A DNA stretch of 32,000 bases from Ferroglobus placidus DSM 10642 (GTDB taxonomy: Archaea > Halobacteriota > Archaeoglobi > Archaeoglobales > Archaeoglobaceae): NCBI RefSeq assembly GCF_000025505.1, contig NC_013849.1:870001-902000 (forward strand). Direction: 5' to 3'. Made by a program: the position numbers and the translations under genes. Position 1 is the stretch's first letter. Each line of letters starts with the position of its first letter. A model generated the notes under the pieces. That model did not search any database. It worked only from the letters and a program-made list of their open reading frames with translations, and was not told where the DNA came from. Below are positions 15,404 to 23,073 of the stretch, piece after piece.

Positions 15404-16033
15404 GTGGACGTAGTTTATGGGGGAGGTAAATACGGAAAAGAAGCCGTTGAGTGGCTGATAGAAAATGGCAGAGAATTCGTAGTGATAGACGTCGACGAGA
15501 ACTGCCTCGTTAACAGAGAAATGGACGTTGAAAAATTCGGAGGAAGGTTTTTGAAAGGAGAAATTCGGGAGCTGCTTGATGTTATCGAAGAAGAAAAGCC
15601 GGAGTATATTTTTCCCACCGCTCCGATCCACATAGCAGCTTCGCTCGTTTCAAAAAAGTTTAATCTTGAGGTTTGGAACGAAGGAATAAATTACGTTCTC
15701 TCCGGTATTCCAGCAAAGATAATAGTTTCAGCCGGAAGAGGTAGTGTTGTTGTGAGCTACAACAGAGATTACACCTGCCTACCTAAGTGCTCAGCTCCAG
15801 ACGTTTGCCCCGTTACTAAAATTAGAAAGCCCGCTCCGATGTACTCTCTATTAGAATTCGCTATTCCGGAGGGATTCGTGATAAAAACGATCTACTTGAG
15901 ACCCGGGTTAGGAGCTGTAAGAGGAGAGGAAATTTTAGATCTTTTCGACTGGGCTGAGAAAAGAGATAAAATTTTCGTTGCCACAGCCTGCAGATGCCAC
16001 GGAGTCGTCACGGCACTCAGACGACGTCCTTAA
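15404..16033 (+). CDS. Conserved-looking protein of unknown function, nucleotide-binding-like N-terminus and cysteine motifs
   Basis: GTG start; 'VYGGGKYGKEAVEWLIENGREFVVIDVDENC'; Cys-rich 'CLPKCSAPDVCP' and 'CRCHG' segments; divergent from FTR1. Confidence 0.65.
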   Translation: MDVVYGGGKYGKEAVEWLIENGREFVVIDVDENCLVNREMDVEKFGGRFLKGEIRELLDVIEEEKPEYIFPTAPIHIAASLVSKKFNLEVWNEGINYVLSGIPAKIIVSAGRGSVVVSYNRDYTCLPKCSAPDVCPVTKIRKPAPMYSLLEFAIPEGFVIKTIYLRPGLGAVRGEEILDLFDWAEKRDKIFVATACRCHGVVTALRRRP

Positions 16034-16367
16034 ATTTATCTATTTCCTCGGAAACTTCCTCTAAGATGTCACTCACTATCTTTTTAACGAGTTTTTCCCT
16101 TCCTTCATCTTTGAGAATGTCCATGAGCCTGTAGAAGTCAAATAGTATCTTTTCGGCAAACTTTCTGTCGTTTAAAGCCAGTCCAATTCCAAGGAGTCTG
16201 CCGAAGGTTAACATGGCAAAAAGCAGCGTTTCCCCGAAAAACTTTTCCTTCAGCTTTTTTATCGCCTTTTCGTCATCGGCTTTTTCGGCTAAAAGCTCGA
16301 CTATGGCAGCCATGACTTCAGCCGCTTCCTCAGCGGAAAGATTGAAAAGTCTGTATAATGGCTTCAT
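16017..16367 (-). CDS. Small helical protein of unknown function
   Basis: 116 aa, charged/helical, 4-nt overlap with the upstream purD start, convergent overlap with 15404..16033. Confidence 0.6.
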   Translation of the reverse strand: MKPLYRLFNLSAEEAAEVMAAIVELLAEKADDEKAIKKLKEKFFGETLLFAMLTFGRLLGIGLALNDRKFAEKILFDFYRLMDILKDEGREKLVKKIVSDILEEVSEEIDKFKDVV

Positions 16368-17800
16368 TCCGGCACGTCCAACCCTATAGTCTTCCTGTAT
16401 CTCATTCCCGGAAATCTTATCTTCTCAAGTTCCCTGTAAGCTTTTTCTCTCGCTTCCTCAACACTTTTTCCAAGAGCTGAAACTGTCAGAACTCTTCCGC
16501 CGGTTGTTTCGTATCCATTTGGAGTCTTCGCGATTCCGTTAGCGTAAACGTAAGCATCTTTGACGTCCTCTATTCCCTTTATCGGCTGATTCGTGTAATG
16601 GTCTCCTGGGTAACCGGGTTTAATTCCCTCTCTGCCAACCATAAATCCGCTTACAGCACAAACAGCTACGCAGTAATCGCTGCTGAATTTCACTTCAACT
16701 TCGTTCAGCTTTTTATCTATTAAAGCGAGAGAAATCTCGGCTAAGTCGCTCTCCAGCCTCGGAAGCTTTGCTTCAGCTCCGGGATCGCAATCTCTCACGT
16801 TAATCTCAAGAACTTTCGGAATCAATTCCTCGTTCTCTTCAACGAGCATTATGACCGGGTATAGAACTCCTCTGAATTCGATCCCTTCGATTTCCTTGAA
16901 CTTCTTTATTATTGGCTCCACAACGAGGTCCATTATCTTTCTTTCAATTTCCTCGTCAACCTTAGGGTGAGGTGAAACAGCCCCCATTCCTCCGGTGTTG
17001 GGATTAAGCAACTTCCCTTCGTCGAATAGCTTCTTAGCTTCCTCCTTTGTTATGTATTTCCTCATGTAGCCTATGTAAAACTTCCTCATTCCCTCAACAT
17101 CGTCAGGATCGAAAGCTCTCTTGTAATCCTTAGCGTGTCCGAAGGGAACCACATGCTTACCATCGCTTAGAGCTGTAAAAGCTACCTCGATTCCGTAAAG
17201 CCTTTCCTCTATCTCAACCCTGTTTCCAGCCTCTCCGAATCTCTTCCTTACCATTATCTCATCCACAGCAAACAAAGCTTCTTCAAGCGAGTCGCAGACG
17301 AAAACGCCTTTTCCGGCAGCCAAACCGTCAGCTTTCACAACAAGGTTCTTCCCGGGGTTGTTTTTGTAGTAGTCCTTTACGAACTCCTTAGCCTCATCAG
17401 CGTCGTCGAAGTTCCAGTACTCTGGAATCGGCACTCCTATTTTTCTCATAAAATCTTTAGCCCAGCACTTGCTCGCTTCGAGTATAGTAGCTTCTTTTCT
17501 AGGACCTACCGCTGGAATCCCTTCCTCCTCAAGTCTGTCGACTAAACCCAGACTTAGGGGCTCTTCCGGACCTATGTAAGCCAAATCAACTTCAGCTCTT
17601 TTAGCAAAATTCACGATATCTTCTATCGCTCTTATGCTCGGAATTTTTTTCCCGTTTAATTCAGCCTGTTTGCACTTCGGAAAGAGGTAGCTTCCCCCAT
17701 TACCCGGAGCGACGAACACTTCCTTCACTTTCTCGCTCCTCGAAAAAGCGTGAGCTATCGCATTTCCTCTTCCCCCAGCATCGACGACAAGCACCTTCAC
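16364..17800 (-). CDS. purD: Phosphoribosylamine--glycine ligase
   Basis: 'VLVVDAGGRGNAIAHAFSRS', 'LVVKADGLAAGKGVFVCDS', 'YMRKYITKEEAKKLFDEGKLLNPNTGGMGAVSPH', 'INVRDCDPGAEAKLPRLESDL'. Confidence 0.96.
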   Translation of the reverse strand: MKVLVVDAGGRGNAIAHAFSRSEKVKEVFVAPGNGGSYLFPKCKQAELNGKKIPSIRAIEDIVNFAKRAEVDLAYIGPEEPLSLGLVDRLEEEGIPAVGPRKEATILEASKCWAKDFMRKIGVPIPEYWNFDDADEAKEFVKDYYKNNPGKNLVVKADGLAAGKGVFVCDSLEEALFAVDEIMVRKRFGEAGNRVEIEERLYGIEVAFTALSDGKHVVPFGHAKDYKRAFDPDDVEGMRKFYIGYMRKYITKEEAKKLFDEGKLLNPNTGGMGAVSPHPKVDEEIERKIMDLVVEPIIKKFKEIEGIEFRGVLYPVIMLVEENEELIPKVLEINVRDCDPGAEAKLPRLESDLAEISLALIDKKLNEVEVKFSSDYCVAVCAVSGFMVGREGIKPGYPGDHYTNQPIKGIEDVKDAYVYANGIAKTPNGYETTGGRVLTVSALGKSVEEAREKAYRELEKIRFPGMRYRKTIGLDVPE

Positions 17801-17872
17801 GTCCTCAAATTACATTCTCGAAATTAAAAACTATTCGAAAATTTTTTTAAAGTTTAACGGAGATGTTTTTTC

Positions 17873-18523
17873 GTGAAGTTTGACGAATTGCTTTCTCTAC
17901 TTCAGGGAAAATCCACCGCTTTGGTTTACGATGACCCTTACGCAAAACACGTTTTTCTCGATGAAATAATAAGAAGAAAAGAGGGAAACCTCTACTACGT
18001 AATCTACTCCGACACTGAATGCAGAAAGCAGAGAGTATACGCTGAAGAGATAGCGAAGATCGACGAAAAGCTTTCTGAATACTTATCGAGAATAAAAGTT
18101 ATCAAAATAGGGTTTAGCGACTTTTCCTTCAACAACAACCTTTACGCTTTTATTAGAGAGGAAACAGCCAGAAGTATTGCAAGAACCCTCGTCAAGCTTG
18201 TAAGAGACATCCCCGGAGAAGCCTTCATAGTTTACCTTGGCTTCGGTTTGATGAAGCACTTCCATCAGGATTACAAAGAAGTTTTAAGGGCTATCTGGAG
18301 TTTGTGCGACGATTTAAAGACAAACCTGTTTCTTTTCAACAAAAGAAATTACGAGGACTACTATTCCTCATTTTTCGACATCGTTTTGAGACTCGAGACT
18401 TCGGAAATCGGAGAGATAGGACTTTCGAGAGTTTACACTTTAAGCATCGAAAAGAGCGTTATTCCAACAGTGCCGCCCCACGACATAATGAGGATAAGAA
18501 ACAGAGAATTCATCGAGTTCTAA
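17873..18523 (+). CDS. Protein of unknown function, possibly degenerate RecA/KaiC-like
   Basis: 216 aa; 'GKSTALVYDDPYAKHVFLDEIIRR...LYYVIYSD' looks like a RecA-fold start without a standard Walker A. Confidence 0.55.
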   Translation: MKFDELLSLLQGKSTALVYDDPYAKHVFLDEIIRRKEGNLYYVIYSDTECRKQRVYAEEIAKIDEKLSEYLSRIKVIKIGFSDFSFNNNLYAFIREETARSIARTLVKLVRDIPGEAFIVYLGFGLMKHFHQDYKEVLRAIWSLCDDLKTNLFLFNKRNYEDYYSSFFDIVLRLETSEIGEIGLSRVYTLSIEKSVIPTVPPHDIMRIRNREFIEF

Positions 18524-18617
18524 CGGCTACGGTTTATTATTATAACAATAACAAGACATTTCTTTAAATAAAAAGAAAAAATTAAATATTAGAGCGAATA
18601 TAACACTATAATGGTTA

Positions 18618-18920
18618 TTGCCGCGAAAATTTCAGGTGTTGAAAATGCATGAAAGGCGTTCAAAGTTTGAAATAATCTATGAAATCCTTTGTCGAACTCA
18701 AACGCCAGCGAGTAAGACGAAAATTGTGTACGGAGCTAATTTAAATTTTAAACTTGCTGAAAAATATTTTAGCCTATTGGAGGAGATGTCTCTTCTCGAA
18801 AAGGTAAAAATTGACGGTAAAACATGTTATGCGATAACTGAAAAAGGTAGGGAATTCATAAAGAGATACGAAGAGTTGGCAAAAGACATTTCGAAAGACG
18901 TTATAGCTAAATATCTCTGA
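18618..18920 (+). CDS. Winged-helix DNA-binding protein (HTH_45-like)
   Basis: 'RRSKFEIIYEILCRTQTPASKTKIVYGANLNFKLAEKYFSLLEEMSLLEKVKIDGKTCYAITEKGREFIKRYEEL'. The start may be the internal ATG at 18645 (MHERRSKF). Confidence 0.8.
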   Translation: MPRKFQVLKMHERRSKFEIIYEILCRTQTPASKTKIVYGANLNFKLAEKYFSLLEEMSLLEKVKIDGKTCYAITEKGREFIKRYEELAKDISKDVIAKYL

Positions 18921-19080
18921 GTTTTCTACCAGCCTCTGTCGCGATGTATCTTTCTCCAATTATTTTTATAAAACCAAAGAATTCTAAAAATTCGAAAATT
19001 TCTTTTAAACTTTCAACCACTGCGCCTTCTCCATTTTTGAGAATTCTTTCCGCCAATACAAATACAGAGCTAATAAACAT
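18907..19080 (-). CDS. Small winged-helix-like protein, 57 aa, absent from the ORF track
   Basis: Read by hand: MFISSVFVLAERILKNGEGAVVESLKEIFEFLEFFGFIKIIGERYIATEAGRKLRDI*. TATA-like tatatata at 19111-19118 upstream; GTG alternative start at 19083. Confidence 0.5.
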   Translation of the reverse strand: MFISSVFVLAERILKNGEGAVVESLKEIFEFLEFFGFIKIIGERYIATEAGRKLRDI

Positions 19081-19190
19081 CACCTTGTTTATTTTTTTCT
19101 TTTTTAAAAGTATATATAGGTATGCTAAACTTCTGTTAACCTTCGAATAAAAAAGAAAACGTTTTATCCAACCTAACCAATTTTTCGAAC

Positions 19191-20009
19191 ATGGTAAAGG
19201 TGGGAATTTTAAAAATGGGAGCGATTGGAACCGCTCTTCTCGTCGAGTATTTGCTGGATGAGAGAGCTGACAGAGAAGATATAGAGGTAAGAGTTGTTAC
19301 GAGCGGAGCGAAAATGCAGCCGGAGGAGGCTAAAATTGCCGAAAAGCTTAAAGAATTCGACCCGGACTTGGTGTTGGTTGTTTCTCCGAACGCCGCTCTG
19401 CCAGGTCCGAAAGCTGCGAGGGAGGCTTTCGAAGGAAAGCCGGTTATAGTTATAAGCGACGCTCCGGCGAAGAAGGCTAAGGAAGAATTCGAGCAGAAAG
19501 GCTTCGGATACATTCTCGTCAACGCCGACTCCATGATCGGAGCGAGAAGAGAGTTTTTAGATCCGACGGAAATGGCTCTGTTTAACGCAGACGTCGTAAA
19601 GGTTCTTGCAGCAACTGGAGCCTTCAGAATCGTTCAAGAAGAAATAGACAAGGTCATCGAAGCTCTGAAGAAGGGAGAGAAGCCGGAACTTCCTAAAGTT
19701 GTTATAACAGCTGAAAGAGCTGTTGAAGCCGCTAAGTTCAGCAACCCCTACGCTAAAGCAAAGGCTATGGCAGCATACTTCATAGCGGAAAAAGTTGCTG
19801 ACGTGGATGTTAGAGGCTGCTTCATAGAGAAAGACCCGGAGAAGTACATACCTCTCGTCGCAGCGGCTCACGAAATGATGAGGATAGCTGCAAAGCTTGC
19901 GGATGAGGCGAGAGAGATCGAGAAGAGTAACGACACTGTCTTCAGAAACCCGCACGCGAGAGATGGTAAAATCCTTTCAAAGACGAAGCTGATGGAGAAA
20001 CCTCAATGA
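19191..20009 (+). CDS. mtd: F420-dependent methylenetetrahydromethanopterin dehydrogenase
   Basis: 'KMGAIGTALLVEYLLDERADREDIEVRVVTSGAKM', 'VVSPNAALPGPKAARE', 'NADSMIGARREFLDPTEMALFNADVVKVLAATGAFR'. Confidence 0.95.
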   Translation: MVKVGILKMGAIGTALLVEYLLDERADREDIEVRVVTSGAKMQPEEAKIAEKLKEFDPDLVLVVSPNAALPGPKAAREAFEGKPVIVISDAPAKKAKEEFEQKGFGYILVNADSMIGARREFLDPTEMALFNADVVKVLAATGAFRIVQEEIDKVIEALKKGEKPELPKVVITAERAVEAAKFSNPYAKAKAMAAYFIAEKVADVDVRGCFIEKDPEKYIPLVAAAHEMMRIAAKLADEAREIEKSNDTVFRNPHARDGKILSKTKLMEKPQ

Positions 20010-20974
20010 GGAAGAGAGTCTTCATCTCTCTCCTCTTTTTTTCAATTTCCGTTGTCGTTCTCGCCCAGATTTTCGTGATTCTCAAGTACCTTGAGGGCGA
20101 AATTTACACAATTTTCGACGGAATATACTGGGTTATTGCCACCATAACAACCGTCGGTTTCGGAGATATCGTCTTTAAATCCACCATAGGCAGAATATAC
20201 ACAATCTTCGTCATGCTCTACGGAGTTGCTTTTATCTTCGGATTTTTCTTTCCTTACGTCGTTATTCCGTTTGCCGAAAAACGTCTTTTGTTTAAACTTC
20301 CAGAAGAAAGCTCGTTAAAGGATCACGTAATTATATGCGGAATAAACAGGATAAGCAAGATCGTCTATTTAGAATTGAAGAGGATCAAGAGAAACTGTTT
20401 GCTGGTGGACGATGATGAAGAGAAGGTTAGAGAAGCTCTCGAAGAGGGATTTAATGCCGTAATATCGGATTACTCCCTCGAGTCTTTCAAAAAGAATAAC
20501 ATCGAGAAAGCTATTGCGGTAATTTTATTTGAAGATGCCGAGAAAAACCTCGACATTTTGCTGACTCTAAAGGACTACGAGCTGGATAAATACGCTGTCT
20601 TAAACCTTCCAGAGTATGCAAAATATTTGCTCATGGCTGGAGCGAAAAAGGTGTTTCTTCCCAAAAGCTTGGCTGGGAGTCAGCTCGCGAAGTTCGTTTC
20701 CGAAAATATAAGAGGCACTGTCGAGGCGAGAGAGATAACTAAAGGTTACGGAGTGGCGGAAATTTGCGTTAGCGAATTTTCGAAAATAAGGGGAGAAAGT
20801 ATAGGCAGAATAGAGAGAAACTTCGACGTCAAAATAGTGGCAGTTCTCAAAAGAGGAAAAGTTCATTTCAACCCGGAAAAATCTTTGAAAGTGGATGTTG
20901 GAGATACGATTCAAGTTTTCGGGAAAATGGAGAACATTCAGAGGCTTTTCGAGGAGGCGAGGGGGTACTTTTGA
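20006..20974 (+). CDS. Potassium channel protein with TrkA-N/RCK domain
   Basis: Selectivity filter region 'ATITTVGFGDIVFKST'; 'HVIICGINRISKIVYLELKRI' Rossmann domain; TrkA-C-like tail. Confidence 0.88.
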   Translation: MRKRVFISLLFFSISVVVLAQIFVILKYLEGEIYTIFDGIYWVIATITTVGFGDIVFKSTIGRIYTIFVMLYGVAFIFGFFFPYVVIPFAEKRLLFKLPEESSLKDHVIICGINRISKIVYLELKRIKRNCLLVDDDEEKVREALEEGFNAVISDYSLESFKKNNIEKAIAVILFEDAEKNLDILLTLKDYELDKYAVLNLPEYAKYLLMAGAKKVFLPKSLAGSQLAKFVSENIRGTVEAREITKGYGVAEICVSEFSKIRGESIGRIERNFDVKIVAVLKRGKVHFNPEKSLKVDVGDTIQVFGKMENIQRLFEEARGYF

Positions 20975-21597
20975 AGGTTCTCGTAGTCGGATTTGGTGAT
21001 GTGGGAAGAAGTGCCGCGAGAATTTTATTAGCTAAGAAAATCGAAGTTGTTGCGGTCGACGTGGAAGAGAAAGGAGTCGAAGGAATAAACTTCGTAAGAG
21101 GAGACGCGAGGAGTGAAGAGTTCTGGCAAAACTTCAATCTCGACGAATTCAATTCAGCTATTCTCGCTTTGCCAAGTGACACCGATGCAATCTTAGTTGC
21201 AATGATTCTGAAAAAGCTGAAACCTGATCTGATAATAGTGGCGAGGTGCAACAATCCGGAGTACGTCGAAAAGCTTTACAAGGCTGGAGCGGACTACGTT
21301 TTCGATTTGCCTTCAGTCACTTCTGAAGTTGTCGTATCAACAGTTTTAAGGGAGTTCGCAGCTAAGAGGCTTTTCTACGAAGGCTACCTTATAAGTAAAT
21401 ACAGAGTTCTAGAGAACGCGAAAATAGTTGGGAGGAAACCCGAAGAGTTCAAAGACATAGTAATCCTCGGAATTGAAAAGGACGGAGAGGTTGTAGACAA
21501 AGTGGAAAAAATCCTGCCCGGAATGTGCATTATCGCAGCCGGTAAAAAAGAAAAGATTCTCGAGTTCGAAAAACTGTTCATTCCTTCAAAGCAATAA
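20971..21597 (+). CDS. TrkA-N domain protein
   Basis: TTG start; 'VLVVGFGDVGRSAARILLAKKIEVVAVDVEE...GDARSEEFW'; 4-nt overlap with the K+ channel gene. Confidence 0.82.
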   Translation: MKVLVVGFGDVGRSAARILLAKKIEVVAVDVEEKGVEGINFVRGDARSEEFWQNFNLDEFNSAILALPSDTDAILVAMILKKLKPDLIIVARCNNPEYVEKLYKAGADYVFDLPSVTSEVVVSTVLREFAAKRLFYEGYLISKYRVLENAKIVGRKPEEFKDIVILGIEKDGEVVDKVEKILPGMCIIAAGKKEKILEFEKLFIPSKQ

Positions 21598-21985
21598 TCC
21601 TTCCCCCCTCCAGTTCTCTTACCACAGCTCTTCCGTCGACGATGATAAGATCTGCTTTAACTTTCTCCACAAAACACCCCTCTTTCAGCAATACTTCCTT
21701 CGCTTCAACAAATCTCCCAGCGGATTTTGGGAAAACGACAACTCTATTCTCTGCCGTTACCTTGGAAAACCTGCATTTAGGACCTATAACCGCATTTTTA
21801 CACCTTATCTCCCCTCTAACGAAGCATCCCGGAGAGAGAACGACTTCTTCAGCCTCAACGTCTCCCCAGAAGGATACGAAAAGTCCGGCTCTTATCTTCC
21901 CGTCAAACCTCAAGTGTTTATCGACGATCGAGTCCTTTTTTACGTAAAGGACTCCGTTTGTTTTATCCACCACGTACCTCTTCAT
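21578..21985 (-). CDS. Polymer-forming (bactofilin-like) or left-handed-repeat protein of unknown function
   Basis: 135 aa, beta-rich repeats 'DGKIRAGLFVSFWGDVEAEEVVLSPGCFVRGEIRCKNAVIGPKC'. Confidence 0.5.
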   Translation of the reverse strand: MKRYVVDKTNGVLYVKKDSIVDKHLRFDGKIRAGLFVSFWGDVEAEEVVLSPGCFVRGEIRCKNAVIGPKCRFSKVTAENRVVVFPKSAGRFVEAKEVLLKEGCFVEKVKADLIIVDGRAVVRELEGGRIIALKE

Positions 21986-22446
21986 TTCCTAACACCCTGC
22001 CTAACCTCTACAGCCACTCCCCTTTCAAAGGTGAGCATTTCAAACGCTGAAAGCTTGGCTTTTCCAGTTGCGAGCAACTCGTCCTCCTCGTTAACGATTA
22101 TGACCTCATCGTTAGCTCTAATGCTCTCGTCCACCTCAACGACATGCTTCGCAAAAACGTTCTTTCCCCTCGCGATGAAATCAGATACTTCGCTCATCAC
22201 AACAACCCTCAGTTTAGGATAGCCGAAGAACTCCTTAAGCCTTCTCGCCCCCTCAATACTTAAGCTGAAAAGCCCGGTGTCGGGTTTTAGGGTTGCTATT
22301 CTAACTCCTTTGTGCTTAACCTGCCTAACTTTCCCGGTAGATTTTGAGATCACAAGCTCCACGTCATCGGGAAACAAAACCTCTCCGGCACCTTCTCCAA
22401 ACTGGTAATCCGCTATAACTCTGATCATCTTAAGCCTATCGTCCAT
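21982..22446 (-). CDS. PUA-domain protein
   Basis: 'RVVVMSEVSDFIARGKNVFAKHVVEVDESIRANDEVIIVNEEDELLATGKAKLSAFEMLTFERGVAVEVRQGV' matches archaeal PUA architecture. Confidence 0.75.
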   Translation of the reverse strand: MDDRLKMIRVIADYQFGEGAGEVLFPDDVELVISKSTGKVRQVKHKGVRIATLKPDTGLFSLSIEGARRLKEFFGYPKLRVVVMSEVSDFIARGKNVFAKHVVEVDESIRANDEVIIVNEEDELLATGKAKLSAFEMLTFERGVAVEVRQGVRK

Positions 22447-23032
22447 ACCTCCTTTCCCTCCTCTGGTAGTCTCTCAGACACCTTAGAAAGTCGATATATC
22501 TAAAACTTTCCCAGTCCGCATCGAGAAAGTAAAGTTCGCTGTAAACTATCTGCCAGATCAAAAACTCTGGAACGGAGTCGTCAGCCTTTATTATCAAATC
22601 CGGCTGTATTTTGAACCGTAAATTCTCCTCAATCATCTTTTCTATCGAATTCAGATCTATTTCGCTCAAATCTTTCTTCTTCAAAATCTCCTTCACGGCA
22701 AGAAGGATTTCTTCTTTCCCGGTTATGCCAACGTTTACGAAGACTTTCGGCAACCCTTTTCCGAATTTTTTAACTCCGTTTTTTCCGATCAACTCCACTT
22801 CCGCTTCAAGCTTCGAAAAGTTGTTAACGAAGTCGTTATCCATAGAATCGACGCATATAACAACATTTTCGACGGAAAACTTCCTGCACCAATCTACGAA
22901 CTGAAGGAATTTTTCAAAATTTCTCCTCAAACTTGCAAAGTCCGTTACGACCATAACTGATTTCGGAAGATTTTCTTTCCTCAGAGATTTTTCGAGCTTT
23001 TTCACGTAAATTTTTTCTATTAATTTCCTCAT
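22436..23032 (-). CDS. cis-Prenyltransferase (UppS)-like protein with degenerate active-site motifs
   Basis: C-terminus 'PEFLIWQIVYSELYFLDADWESFRYIDFLRCLRDYQRRERRYGR' is UppS-like; the N-terminal 'DGNRR' motif and the IIRT.GE.R motif are missing. Confidence 0.72.
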   Translation of the reverse strand: MRKLIEKIYVKKLEKSLRKENLPKSVMVVTDFASLRRNFEKFLQFVDWCRKFSVENVVICVDSMDNDFVNNFSKLEAEVELIGKNGVKKFGKGLPKVFVNVGITGKEEILLAVKEILKKKDLSEIDLNSIEKMIEENLRFKIQPDLIIKADDSVPEFLIWQIVYSELYFLDADWESFRYIDFLRCLRDYQRRERRYGR

Positions 23033-23073
23033 CTCAAACTAAACTTTTTAAGCCAAATACTTAAGTCTAACCA

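Noticed and set aside
18944-19150. 68 aa plus-strand ORF MYLSPIIFIKPKNSKNSK...
   Set aside because: Low-complexity product; the opposite strand holds a better-supported winged-helix-like 57 aa frame with a promoter.
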